DNA of 64,000 nucleotides from Chlorokybus atmophyticus. Lineage: Eukaryota > Plantae > Mesostigma and Chlorokybus algae. The stretch is from contig RHPI01001037.1 of the NCBI GenBank assembly GCA_009103225.1, positions 1,670,551 to 1,734,550 of the forward strand. The letters are read 5' to 3'. Position 1 is the first letter of the stretch; every line of letters starts with the position of its first letter. Positions 1 through 12,249 of this stretch are shown here, in pieces. A program made the position numbers and the translations under genes. The notes under the pieces were generated by a model. It saw only the letters and a program-made list of their open reading frames with translations, ran no database searches and had not been told where the DNA came from.

Positions 1-254
1 GAATATTGGAATCGTTCCATACTTTGTAATGTGAGATCGTCCGTGCATAAGACTTTTGCTCATTGTATGAAATTATACGCACGACCACGAGTAGCAACTT
101 GCGTACGTTTCACATATACACATGAATAGCCGTATTTAACATTAGGGATGTAGATGTACACTTAACGTCATGCTGTGTATCAGGGTTATGTCAATGCGCT
201 CCGATAAGAGGTAATTGCGTAAATACTTATGACTGCCCTTACAAGTGTCTAATT

Positions 255-760
255 TACGCACACGCACACCCACACATATATGTATACATATTTATGCATA
301 TATATATGTGTATATATATATGTGTGTGTGTATATACATATCTGTATGTTTTTATATGTGTATATGTATATGTATGTGCATATATACACATATATATACA
401 TATACATATACATGTATATGTTTACACCCACCCACATATATATATATATATACATATAGCAGTATATATATATTTATATATATATAAGTATATATATATG
501 TATATCAATGTATATATATGTACATATGTGTATGTGTATATATATACGCATATATATATGTGTATATTTATTTATACATATATATACATACACATATATA
601 TATACATATATATGTATACTACCGTATGCATATACGTATATATATCAATGTATAAATATCTTTATCGTGATGTTTATATACCGTAAAATTAATATACACA
701 TAAATAGTATTTACGAGTATATATACCTTCACATATGAACATAAACTTATATATGTGAAA

Positions 761-799
<39 letters not shown>

Positions 800-960
800 T
801 ACGTGTGTGTATGTGTATATACATAAAGTATATAATTATAGTACATTCATACACATGTATATGTTTATGGTTATAACACATGTACAAATGTGTATATATA
901 TAAGCATATATGTAATCATGTTTATGCTTTACTCAAACAAAAAGTCATTATTGATGTAGA
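255..960. repeat. AT-rich compound microsatellite tract ((TA)n/(TACA)n/(TGTA)n), largely alternating purine-pyrimidine
   Basis: Seen directly: about 700 bp of TATATA/TACATA/TGTGTA units. The Y/I/H/C-rich ORFs 245-846 are translation artefacts of it. Confidence 0.95.
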
Positions 961-1920
961 TATACAGACTGATACAGATTGACAATGCTCTATTTACAAC
1001 ATATGCACAATGAAGACTATATCAGTATCTTATATAATACAATTGCGATAGTGTGATGTTGTGGCTAGTAGCAATAGCCACAACATCATAGCCTATTGGG
1101 TCATTACCACGTGCTCAGTTGTGTTCATGTTGACATGCATGTCTTGCTTGCTTTGTGGCCCCTTCATTCCACAACACGATTTGACTACACAGTAAAGTGG
1201 GACACTGTATTGTGTAGTCCATCGGACAAGCAAGGCTTGCATCATGCAAGTTGCATGTCAACATGTGCCATAAAAGTCTTCACAAGACTCATCAATCAGC
1301 TGGCCTTACAACAAGGCAACAAAGCAAGGACGACACGTGCACAGGTGGTCCTGAATGACCATGCACCTATGCAACGCGCAGTGCTCATTGAGCGCACACC
1401 GTCTTCCTGGAAAACGGTGTGTGCAATGGCAGGGAAGTCTCCTCCCTGCCGCAAGGGACCTGCTTCATCACTCGATAAAGTCTCACTGTCACTCCACGCT
1501 GTGGTATCATTCCTACAACCGGCTACTGTTATCATTGCTAGTCGTCGCCCATAGGTCGAAGGCAAGGCGTGAACTGGCTGTCGTCCGGTCGGTCTCGGCC
1601 AAACATGCTGCCGCCGCGGCACACGAGCAGTGCTACTGCTGCACACTGCGAAGTGCAGACTTGGCGTTGCCGGGCCGGCAAGCGACGGCGTGGCCGCGCA
1701 ATAATTGCGGTCTCGACTGCGTGAGAGAACAGCATTGGATGCTAGTAGCAGCCTGCGAGAGCTGCAGCGGCGGCGGCGACGTGGGCGGCGAGGTGGGAGC
1801 GGAGGTGAGCGGGAGCGTCAGTGGGATAGCGTGGTTGGTGGAAGAGAAGAGCGTGTGACAGGGATGGTGGTGCTGTGAGGAAGGTTTGGGACTACGGGTG
1901 CAGAAGCCTGCTGCTGAGCC

Positions 1921-4900
1921 ATGGCCATGGGTGACCACCACGGGCAGGGTGATTCTGCTTCTGCTTCTGCCCCTGGTCCTGTTCCTGCTCCTCTTCCGCC
2001 TCGTCCGGCTGGTGCAGGCGAAGAGATTGATGGTGACGGTGATGGAGACGGTGTTGGCGACAGCTCCGCCATTACTGCTGAGTATGCGAATATGCACGGG
2101 GCGGAGAAGGATGACAACATGTTTTTCTCGGAAGGCGGGCCAGTGTTCCGGGTGAGACTGGGCTTAGCATGAGCTTTGCTTTGTGCGAGAGGCACTGGCC
2201 GCCAGCTGATCATATGCTTGTCTCCAAGCTGAAGTTTATAGCATATTCAGCTGCATGATAGTGTGCCATCTGCGCTGGTCTTGCATGCCAGCTGCAGTAG
2301 TCTGTTTCCATTGAGCGCCAGTACTTTGCGGGTGTCTCGCAGCCGCAGTCAGTTCTGTGATCGGCTTGTGTTGCATCAGCTGCAATGGCATTCACCCCAT
2401 GAAGCCATTGACAGCTGCCCCCCCCTATGTCTTGCAATGGTTTCAAAACGTGGTGCTGCTCCATTTCAAAGCTTTCCTCACACATGTGCCCGTATGGTTG
2501 CTGCGGCCAGGCCAAGTACGGGTTCCGCGACAGCCGCACTATTACACAGGCGTTCGTAGAAGGGAGGAAGACTGAAATCAGAAACTTTCTCAGCAATCCG
2601 CCAAAGGCGCGAGTCCTGCGCGTGCTGAACGCGTGCTTCCCTTTCACTAGGTGGCTGCCGTACTACAACTGGCAAATCTTTAGTGCGGATCTCCTTGCCG
2701 GCCTCACTGTCGGCTGCATGCTTATCCCTCAGGTGCAACGTCTTGCAGCATATATTTTTCCTCCATACCTCAATGTCAGCATGCCAGCTTACTCTCCAAC
2801 CAATTCCACTCAACAAGCTTTGTCTGTGGGTATTTGCAGAGTATTTCGTACGCTTCCATTGCAGGGTTGCCAGCTCAATATGGACTCTGTAAGTGCCCTT
2901 TGTCTTGTTGTGTGCCTGCAAAAAGTTATGCAGTCTTTAGCAACAGATTGAACACAACTTTACGTAACCGGTACTCTGTGTCAGATTCTGGTTTCTCTGC
3001 TCCTTACATATACGCTCTTATTGGCACGAGTCGACAGTTGGCAGTGGGGCCAGTGGCTCTCATATCTCTTCTGGTCAACGACGCCATTGCTAATCAGGCC
3101 GAGCCACTGTCGCAGCGCGCAATTGAGCTAGCTATCTTCATCACGATGGCCAGTGGGGTCATAGTTTTGGTAATGGGTCTGCTGAAGCTTGGCTTCCTCC
3201 TCAATTTCCTCGGCCAAGCCGTGGTTACGGGGTTCATCTCTGCCACGGCATGCATTATCATTGCACAGCAGGCCGGTAACGCCCTCGGTTACAAGCTCCC
3301 GCGCTCTGAGCTCATTCATCAGAACTTACGCTACATTTTCAGGGACATTGACAAGGTTCGTGGCAGGCACCGCCAGTCACGGCTGTTTGAGCAACGATCA
3401 AGCCGTATTGCGTGCTGCATGGTATGCTGACGCTGGTTTTACTTCAACAGATCAATTGGCCAACCTTCGGGATCTTCCTGTTCTTCTTTTTGTTGCTGCT
3501 GAGTTTCAAGTTCGTGGTAAGTTTCTACTGTGCTATGCTCCCGCAAGAATGGACCCGCGCAATGTTGAACGAGCAGATGGCTGCAAACAACTGCGTCGCT
3601 TATGGATGTTGTTTTCTACGGGAAGGAGTTTCGGATGCTAACAAGTATCCTGTTTTCGCATTGTGGCTATTGTGTTCTGCAGGGAAGGCGTTTCAGGCGC
3701 GCTAAGTATCTTCCTTATGTTGGGCCGCTCCTCTGCATCATCGCCAGCACTCTATTTGTCGTGATCACCAAGGTGAACAACCATGGTGTCAAGGTAGTTG
3801 GTGAGATTCCCAAGGGAGCCCCCCCTTTGTCAACCTCGTACTGGTCTTTGTCCAACCTTGACAATGGACTGTGGCGTCACATCATTATCATTGCCCTCCT
3901 TGGCAACATTGAGTCCATCGTCATTGGCAAGAAGCTCGCCACACAGCACCGCTACGACCTCAGTCACAACCATGAGCTCGTCGGTCTCGGTGCGGCGAAC
4001 GTGTTTGCAGCCATCTTTTCATCATACCCTGTCACTGGTAAGCACCAACGTGGGTTGGTGGATTTACAACTCACTCTGATGTTGCAAAGCATGTTTACAT
4101 GGCTTTTGTGTGCATTGGGCGAGTTAGTGTTGCGTACGTTGTATAGTGCAAGCGATGTGCACGCTGGTGTTTTCCATGTTTTCTTTGCATGACAGTGGTG
4201 TGTATGTTTAGGGTCCTTCTCGCGCTCTGCTGTCAACAATGCAGTTGGGGCCAAGACACAGCTTGCGGGCGTCATTACTGCAACGATGATTTTATTCGTT
4301 ATGCTTTTCCTCACTCCCCTGTTCAAGAAGACCCCACAGGCCGTCCTGGCGGCCATCATCGTCAACGCAGTCATTGGGTTGATTGACTTTCACGAGTGGA
4401 AGTTCTTCTATGAGGTGTCCAAGAGGGATGTGCTCCTGGCTCTGGTGACCTTTGCGCTCACGGCGTTCATGGGGATCGAATGGGGTGTTGGCATGGGCGT
4501 CGGATTGTCGCTGTTGTTTGTGTTGTATGAATCTGGTCATCCTCATACGGCTGTCCTTGGCCGCCTTCCCGGTTCTACAATCTATCGCAACGTTCGCCAG
4601 GTATACTCCACTTGCTCAACAAGTTGCAACACCCAACATCACATTAGGTTGTGGTACGCCTTGCACAGTATGAACAAGTGTACATGTGTGCAGTACCCGG
4701 AGGCGAAGACTCAGGAAGGCATCATTATTGTGCGTATTGATGCGCCCATTTACTTTGCCAATGTGCACTATCTCAAGGACCATATTCACAAATTGGAAAT
4801 TGAGACCGCCAGAGCTGCGGGACATGTGGTGCACGTGGATCAGAACATTTTCAAACGCTACAAGAGGCTTACTGACAACACCAGGCCGGTAGAGCCAACT

Positions 4901-5654
4901 CCCAGGCAGAATTCCATCACCGACACGCCTCCTCCTCGACTTAAGTTCATCATTCTGGACCTCACACCAGTGCCTTCCATAGACACCGCAGGAGTCAATG
5001 TAAGTACATGACGCAGGCATGCGCAGCCACACATGCTGATGGGCATCCACATGCACCATTGTAAACGCATCTGTCAAACATGCACGCACACGCGCAGACC
5101 TGCATGCATGCAGCCCCCTGTACACGCATGCACAGACGCAAGCACACATGCACAGATGCACAGATGCACCCGCATGCGCACATGCATGTACATATGTGCG
5201 GGCGCACACACATACGCACATTGGACACTGTGCGCTACCAGAGACAAGAAACCAGCATTTGAGTTCAGCCAGCGTACTGCTGGCTTCATTCAGTGACCCT
5301 GCAGAAAATAAATTTAGCTACACGTGTTGTGCGCAGGCCATCTCAGAGCTCAACGAGGAGTACAAGCACCGGCAGGTACAAGTAGTCTTGGTCAACCCCA
5401 CGCGGACGGTGATCGGCTTCCTGGAGAAGACTGGTGTGCTGGACTTGATTGGGCGCGAGTGGGTGTTTGTGCGGGTGCACGATGCAGTGCTGGCCTGTGG
5501 CGCCGAGATGCGGCTGTACCACAGCTCTACGGCTCCAGACTCACCTGACTCCATAGACGTGCGCATCACTGCACCATCACATACACAGCCGCGTCCTGAC
5601 AATCAGATAAGGGTTGGCTCAGTTACTTATAGCGAAGACGCCAAGGCACTATAG
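1921..5654 (+). CDS. SULTR: SulP/SLC26-family sulfate transporter with C-terminal STAS domain (multi-exon)
   Basis: Exon 1 1921-2151 (GT donor), exon 2511-2732 (DLLAGLTVGCMLIPQ), then SISYASIAGLPAQYGL, GTSRQLAVGPVA, PVTGSFSRSAVN, LGRLPGSTIYRN, STAS motifs RIDAPIYFAN and DLTPVPSIDTAG. Stop TAG at 5652-5654. Confidence 0.95.
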
Positions 5655-6524
5655 GCCAGATAGCACAGATTTGAGGTTATTGCAGGTAGGTTATAGCAGT
5701 CTCGGCAGTGGTCGCAGCAGTGTTTGCGGGATCATAGCTGGTGGGTTGAGTAGTTCAAACTCTGCGTACTTGTGACAGTTGGGTTTATATACTACGTTAA
5801 TGCTGCATCAGTTGAGTTGGTTGAAGCGAGCCTTCACGGCGCCAGCCTCACAAGTTGACACCTCGCAGGTATGCTGCATGCCTGCTATGGCTGCTGATGC
5901 TATCTTCTCAACGCGGTGCGCATTATGCCTTTTGAACCAAGTGACAACAGCACACATGCAGTGCCGTTGAAGTTTGGGCGAGCAATACATGCATACAGTG
6001 CGGGAGATAGCCACATATTGGAGGTGATCACAGTCACCATGCTATGTTTGGTACTACAGGGTCTCTGCAGTCTTACTGTTATGTCAACAGCACAGTGCTC
6101 CTGACACTGGGTGTTGTCAAGTATGAAACATTTGTATTGGCTCGCAGACAAAGCCTCCTTCATTTTCAATATCTCAGTCAACCCCTTAGAGCAGTCGACA
6201 CTTGCCAATGGCAACCACTTACTGTATGCTGTGCAAGTGCACGCAAGCTGACACTGATTGTCGGTGCGCTTCAGCCCACTGATGGTGCATGTTTGCAGCC
6301 CCGCGGCAGTTGTGCCTATCTGGGTAAAACTGTGTTCATGCAAGATGCATGAGACTGTTGAAAAGGTGTACAGAGTACCGCGCTCCTGGCTTCAATCAAG
6401 TTGTTATCGCAGTCAGGCAGTAGTACAAACCATGTGTAGAGATCAATCAACAATGTACAGATATTACTAGTCTTCGTAGCAGGCACGCCTCACAACGCGC
6501 ACATCATGCGACCAACACAATGAT

Positions 6525-8253
6525 TCACAAGCAACTTGGCGGATTAGCGCAAGTAAACTTGCCATATAGCGGCTTGATGGGTTCATCCCTCTGACTGAGC
6601 TGCACGAGCCGTGCTTCCCCTAGTGCAAATGCAAGGTCGCTGTGCTGGCGCAAATCGCGGCCTTCAAGAGCCGCTTGCAACACGGAAAGGTTGTCCGAAT
6701 CCGGCGCGACTATGATCACGGTGCTGCCGCTGTACTGCGTCTCGAGTATTGACATCAACTGCGCAACACGCACGAACACGTCCGCTACGCTCTCGTTCGG
6801 TGTGCCGTCAGTGTTGGGCGGTGGCCGCCATCTTTCAGACAAAGCATCTTGCCCGTAAATCTGCACAGATTGATGAATCATCCACATCAACCAATCGCGA
6901 ATCCGGTCCTGGTAGTAATGCCATTGTGCCATGCTACTACGGCCGTCAGTTTGAGGTTCAATGAGTTGGTACATCAACAAATGGCTTCGAGCCTACTGGG
7001 CAATGCACAAATCAACAGCGGCTGTAATACCAACAAGAAAAGCTTGCGAGCTAACAGCTCACCTCAAACACCTCTTCAATGCTCTTCCCCTCGAACGCTC
7101 CCAACCCGCGCGCATCAAGAAAGCTGTACTCAGGGACGATGCGACTGCCGCAAGAGACACAACAACCACTCAGTCACAAGTCGTCTTGCATGTTATAAAA
7201 ACTCTCAATACCAACAAGTGCTGTATACCAATGAGTGTATGTGTAACAAGGCAAGCTTTTTCACCTTCGTCCGATGCCCAGTCCAGCAGCGAGCAGCTCA
7301 GCAGTTTGGTACGAGCGCTGCCAGATGGAGGGCCATATCCAGCAGCCGCTGTCGCACACGCCCATCTCTTCAATGGTGCGCAGCGTGCGGTACACCTACC
7401 AGCAGGAGAAGCTGCCATGAAACCACGGCGTTCAAAGGGGTGTAAGCGCTCTCTTTAATGGTGCTGATGTTTTGTGCTATTGCAGGCGACTATCAACTAC
7501 TAGAAGACAAGACTTACGCCTTAATATTATTGCGTGTGCAGTTGCGCAGAGCCCAGCACTTGACTGCATGCAAGTACAGTGACTCCCAGTCCCTCAAAAG
7601 CGACAAACCATGCTGAATGTCCACGCATTACCTCATGCACTTGCATGCAGTTGGTACATCACACATGCATATCACAACCTGTGTGTCGTTACTTGTCTTC
7701 CATGCATCAGCGTTGCACATGCTTGTAACGGTGTGGCAAGTGCCGGGCCAACACGCGTGCTGTTCATTGGCGCACGCAAAGCTGCGTGCGCTGAATTGCA
7801 ATTCAGGAAAAACACAACCAGAGTCAAAGCGACGACACACAGCACTCAACACACCTGTCTCCGTCCAGCTTCAGTCAGGCCGCTTGTGACAGAGGTTTTG
7901 AGCACTGGGTTGGTCTCAATCCTCCCATACTCGTCCGCGAGGCAGGCGCCGGACCTGACCAGCACGTAGTCATTCTTGAGGCGGTCGGGCGGGAACTGTA
8001 GCAGGCCGGCATGAGCATCCTTGGCGTCCCCGACCAGGCCACACAGCAACCCCAAGCCCAGGCTGAGGCCCACGCCGACCTCTCTCCGGCTCGGCCTGGC
8101 GGATGAGGCACCAGCGGCGACAATGACAGCATTTTTCTGCCTTCTCGTGCTACCTTCAGCCTGGGGTCGGCGCGGGAAGCAGGCGGGAGGCCTCAAGGAC
8201 ACCCGCAACGACAACCCGAGAGCGAAGCTGCATGGCGCCGCCACCGCCGCCAT
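6525..8253 (-). CDS. Chloroplast thylakoid-lumen histidine-phosphatase / phosphoglycerate-mutase-like protein (At5g62840-like), multi-exon
   Basis: ATG 8253 MAAVAAPCSF. Transit peptide, then Tat-type SRREVGVGLSLGLGLL...AHA. Mature part GLLQFPPDRLKNDYVLVRSG, CWIWPSIWQRSYQTAE, IVPEYSFLDARGLGAFEG, DGTPNESVADVFVRVAQLMSILETQY, PDSDNLSVLQA. Stop at 6525. Confidence 0.9.
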
Positions 8254-8524
8254 GCTCCGCCCGCACACGGACTCTACGCTTGCTCACAATCGGATGAGAG
8301 TGGATCACTTGGGTTCAGGCAACGCAGGCGCGGCGGTGTTGGCAAGCAAGTGTAGGCACCCAGCGGCGGCGGCGGTGGTGGGGGAAGTGGGTGAGAAGGA
8401 GGAGGCAGTTGGAGTCGAGGAGAAGTAGCGGGAGCAGGAGCTTGGCTGCTGCTGCAGCGATGGTTTAGGGTCTGAAGGGACAGGGGCAGGCTGCGAGGAG
8501 CCTTGAGCTTGCCTGTCGACCAGC

Positions 8525-11500
8525 ATGGACCCCGAGCATGATCATAACGCCGCCGACGACGAGTTTCCGCAGGACGCCTTGGCGCACGAAGAAGTCGACC
8601 AGGAAGATTTGCATGCTGGTATTGATTTCTTCGGAGAGGTTGGTCCTGTTGAAGGGGCGCAGCCAGAGCTAGGTGAGGGTTCGCTTGGGTCCACCACGCA
8701 GCATGCTGTGTTGGCTGATTGCAGAAACCCCAGTTGTGCAGCCTTTATTTTTCTGCTGATCAACTAGTACACAGGACCGCAACTCCTAACTTAGCTCAGT
8801 TCACTACTTGGAGCAAGCTGTCTTGTTTGCAGCAGCTTTGTTTATTGTTGATGGCAGGCGTACTTACTTTGCTTGGACGTGTGCATGCGATAGCCTTGGC
8901 TGGGTTCCACTTGGATGAGTATGAAGTGGTTGTGGACGACGAGGATGACGAAGATTGGATGGAGGAGGCTGAGGAGGACGCGGAGGATGCGCCGGATGTC
9001 GACTTGCCGGACGAGGACGAAGAGCCGGACGAGTGGACGGATGAAGACTGGGGCGAGGACGAGGTGAAGGTCATGCTATGTTATGTTGTTTGGCAGCAAT
9101 GCCAGCGCCTCCAGACGCACACTTGACAGCTGCAATCCTGAATGGACACTTGTTGTACACTCTTCGCATGCGCTGTTAATGAACTTGCATGTTGCCATAT
9201 GCTTCAAACTCCGTTGTGGTGTGACGACCCTGGTTGTGATGGACCTTCTAACATCAGTGGACCTTTGATATTACACAGACGCTGGTAGAGCCTGACTTCC
9301 GGGAGGGCGAAGCATGGCTGAGAGACGTAGGACTGCGGTGGGTGCCACGATTTGTTGCTGAGTAGCATGGATTGATTACACAATGCATGCTCATGCATAC
9401 CTTGTTGCCACCTACCATCAAACAAGCACCTGGCGCATTGCACGTTTGCACGGTTGTGTATTGTGTGCTTTGCCACCTCCGTTTGTGACTGATAGATTGG
9501 TTTGGACTCTGCATTTTAACCCCTAACCCCTAACCCCTCATTGGCCACAGATACGTGCAAGCTGGTGAGCGCGTAAGGTATGCGGAGGTGCCGAGCAAAG
9601 TCAATCACCATCAATGTGCCGACGCCATTGCGATTGACGAGGCATCGGCGCCATCAGAGGTGGTAGTTGCGTGTACGCCCACCATCAGCATATACGACCT
9701 GGACAAAAGGAAAGTCCTCGGCCGGATCAATGTTGGCCCTTCACACTACAGGTACATGTTTTGGACTCCACGCCAGAAAGCGAGGTGATCAAGCAAGCAA
9801 GCACGTCTCATAATCAGTGCGTGCATTGCAATGTGAGCAATGCCGGTGCCACTTATTGACAATTTTTGTCACCATTGGACCACAGTATATCTCGACACGG
9901 AGACTTGCTGGCTGTTTGCGGGGACAGAGGGTACTTGCAGATGTATAGATTAAAGAAAAATGTACAGGGCGGTAAGTATCTCTTCGGGCGGATTGTTCCA
10001 CGTAGTTGCAGTTGTTTGCGACACTGATAGCTTTCCTGCAGGCTTTGTAGCTTGAATCACGCATCTCGTTGACAGGGGTCTTTGTCTCGCAGAATACTCT
10101 TCAGAGCTGCTAGTAACACTTCGTGTAAACAGCACCAACAACATGTGCAACAGCGTGCGATTTTGTCAAGTGGACTCGACGGTAAGATCAAAGTGAATTG
10201 AGCACCGTTCAGGTGCATGGGTTACTCTCCCTGCTGCAATCCTTATCCGTGTCATTCGTGCTGTGCAGTGGAAGCTGCTGCTCGCAGGTCAAGATCGTTA
10301 TGTGTATGCTTTCAGTCTGCCTGGGCAGCATGGCACCCTAGCACCCGCTGTGTCAACATCGGAAGCGGCACGTAGTCAAGGGACACAGCGCACAGCATCC
10401 AGTGAAGATGTCCGACGTTTGCTTGGGCCAAACAACATCCTTTGCAACGACTTGAGGGCGATGTCATGTACAGAACCTGTGAGAAGGTATGTGTTTAATA
10501 TGACAATGGACTGAATCTCAAGCCTTGGTGTGGGTTGTGTGTTGCTGATGCTAGCAGTGACCTGCAGACCAGTTTATGCTCGGGCCGGGCCCTCACAAGC
10601 TGGAAGCGACTACATCGATGCAGTCACTGATGCTGTTGGCCCCTTTCCATCTCCTGTCAACTTCGTCATCACATCCCCAAACGGCCAGTGGCTGGCAGCA
10701 GCATGCGATTCTCTTGCGGTGTGTTGAGCAATATATGGTTGATAGGTACGCACGGCTTGATGCACATCATGCATGGTTCTCATGCATCCTTCTCAACGTG
10801 AGCAGGTGTTTTTGCTGCACCGGAAGCAGAACTTTTCTGTGAAGCATCAGCTCATGTTGAGTTTCATGCCGGACCAGTCTGCAGAAAGCTTGGAAGACAC
10901 GGCGGACTCCAGGGAGGGTTGCCAGGTAGGGTGCATGCGATGGGTTATGGACAGGTCCTTGCTTGCAGCTCTCGTGGCTGCAGCCGGTAACAGTTGTCAT
11001 CATCACTGCAGTACTTGGCGTGGAACACAAGCTCAACGCTCCTGGCAGCATCAAGTGATGCACAAGCCGCTGTGTCCGTATGGCGCATCAGCAGTGACGC
11101 AGACACCCCAGCCGCTACTATGATTGCTCACTACTCTCGGCACATGTACCCCTGCCTCGCTCTCTCGGTACTGATGCATTATTGTGGCAGGGTTGCTTTG
11201 TTGTGTCGGCAGTCCACACCCGTGGTTTGCACGTTTCTCCCGGGCTTGCACTGTTTTGGCAGTTAGGTTGCTGAGCGAAGTTGCTGATGCTGTTGCTTGT
11301 GTGTGTCGTCATGTAGTTCGCACCCGACGATGACCAACTCCTTTTCTACATCGAGCGCGGTGAAAGGCTACACATTCGTGATACTAGGTCAATTTTGGCA
11401 GCCCAGACAGTATCACTGCCAGCTGGTGTGTGCATCACGGGTCTGGCGGTGGGAAGCAAATGTGGTGCTCTGGTTGCTGCTCAAGATGGTTTGTACATGG

Positions 11501-12249
11501 TATGTAATCTGCAGTTGTGGTGCAGCCAACGCTGAAGTACAGTTAATGCTGTTGACAGTACAGTTAATGCTGTTGACTTACCATGCGTGCCTTGCTGTAC
11601 AGTTCCCGCGAGTGAATGCGTGGAGTCGGAGTAGCCACCGAACATTCCCAACTCGCTTCAAGGTTCTTTGCTGCGTGAAAATGCTGTTAGTGAGTAAAGC
11701 ATAAAAGTTGTTGTTTGCAACATGTCTCTGCTGGATCAGCTACCTGACCTGCTCATAAGCGTTTGGAAAGTTTGTACCAATGCATTGCTGTTGCAGGAAG
11801 CTGTCAAAGCTTTATTGAAGATTGCCCGCAGCAGTCCTGAAACCGGAGCTCCTGCGCACCCAGTTGAGCACAGCCACGGCTTGTGGTATGTCACTGCGCA
11901 GTTGCCAAGTTCATGTCTGCCAAGGCCTGCATGTTTATCTGTCACTAGTGCGGCACCAAGCCCTTGTTCTTACAGCACTTATCAACGCTATTTGCATTGC
12001 AGGAGCCTGCCAACTGACGTCCTTTTGTCCATAGTGCCTCACCTCGCCTTTCCACTCTCTGCCTGGCAACCGCCGAAAGGTATGCCGCTCAGCGAAGGCG
12101 AGCAGGTTGAGTGCAACATGAGGACAGGTATCATGAGCTGGGGATCTGCATTCGCACCCACGCCGGGCCCCGTCAGGTTATCCGTCAGCCTGACCCTGTC
12201 ACCCACAAGCGTTCCAGAGCCAAGTGCCAATAGTCAGGGCAGCGCTTAG
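8525..12249 (+). CDS. WD40-repeat protein (resembles DUF2415 / S. pombe C2A9.03-like family) with acidic N-terminus and helical C-terminal motif; many short exons
   Basis: ATG 8525. Acidic exon DEYEVVVDDEDDEDW. WD-like exons NNMCNSVRF, WKLLLAGQDRYVYAFSL, FPSPVNFVITSPNGQWLAAACD, YLAWNTSSTLLAASSDAQAAVSVWRI, FAPDDDQLFFYIERGERLHIRD. C-terminal WSRSSHRTFPTRFK|EAVKALL and LPTDVLLSIVPHLA. Some exon boundaries are uncertain. Confidence 0.75.

Noticed and set aside
245-846. Y/I/H/C-rich ORFs
   Set aside because: Translations of the TA/CA microsatellite; not coding.
11536-11577. 21-bp tandem duplication in a WD40 intron (similar short duplications near 51100 and (CCCCACAT)n near 54890)
   Set aside because: Ordinary slippage duplications with only 2-5 units and no spacers; not CRISPR-like or functional by any evidence.
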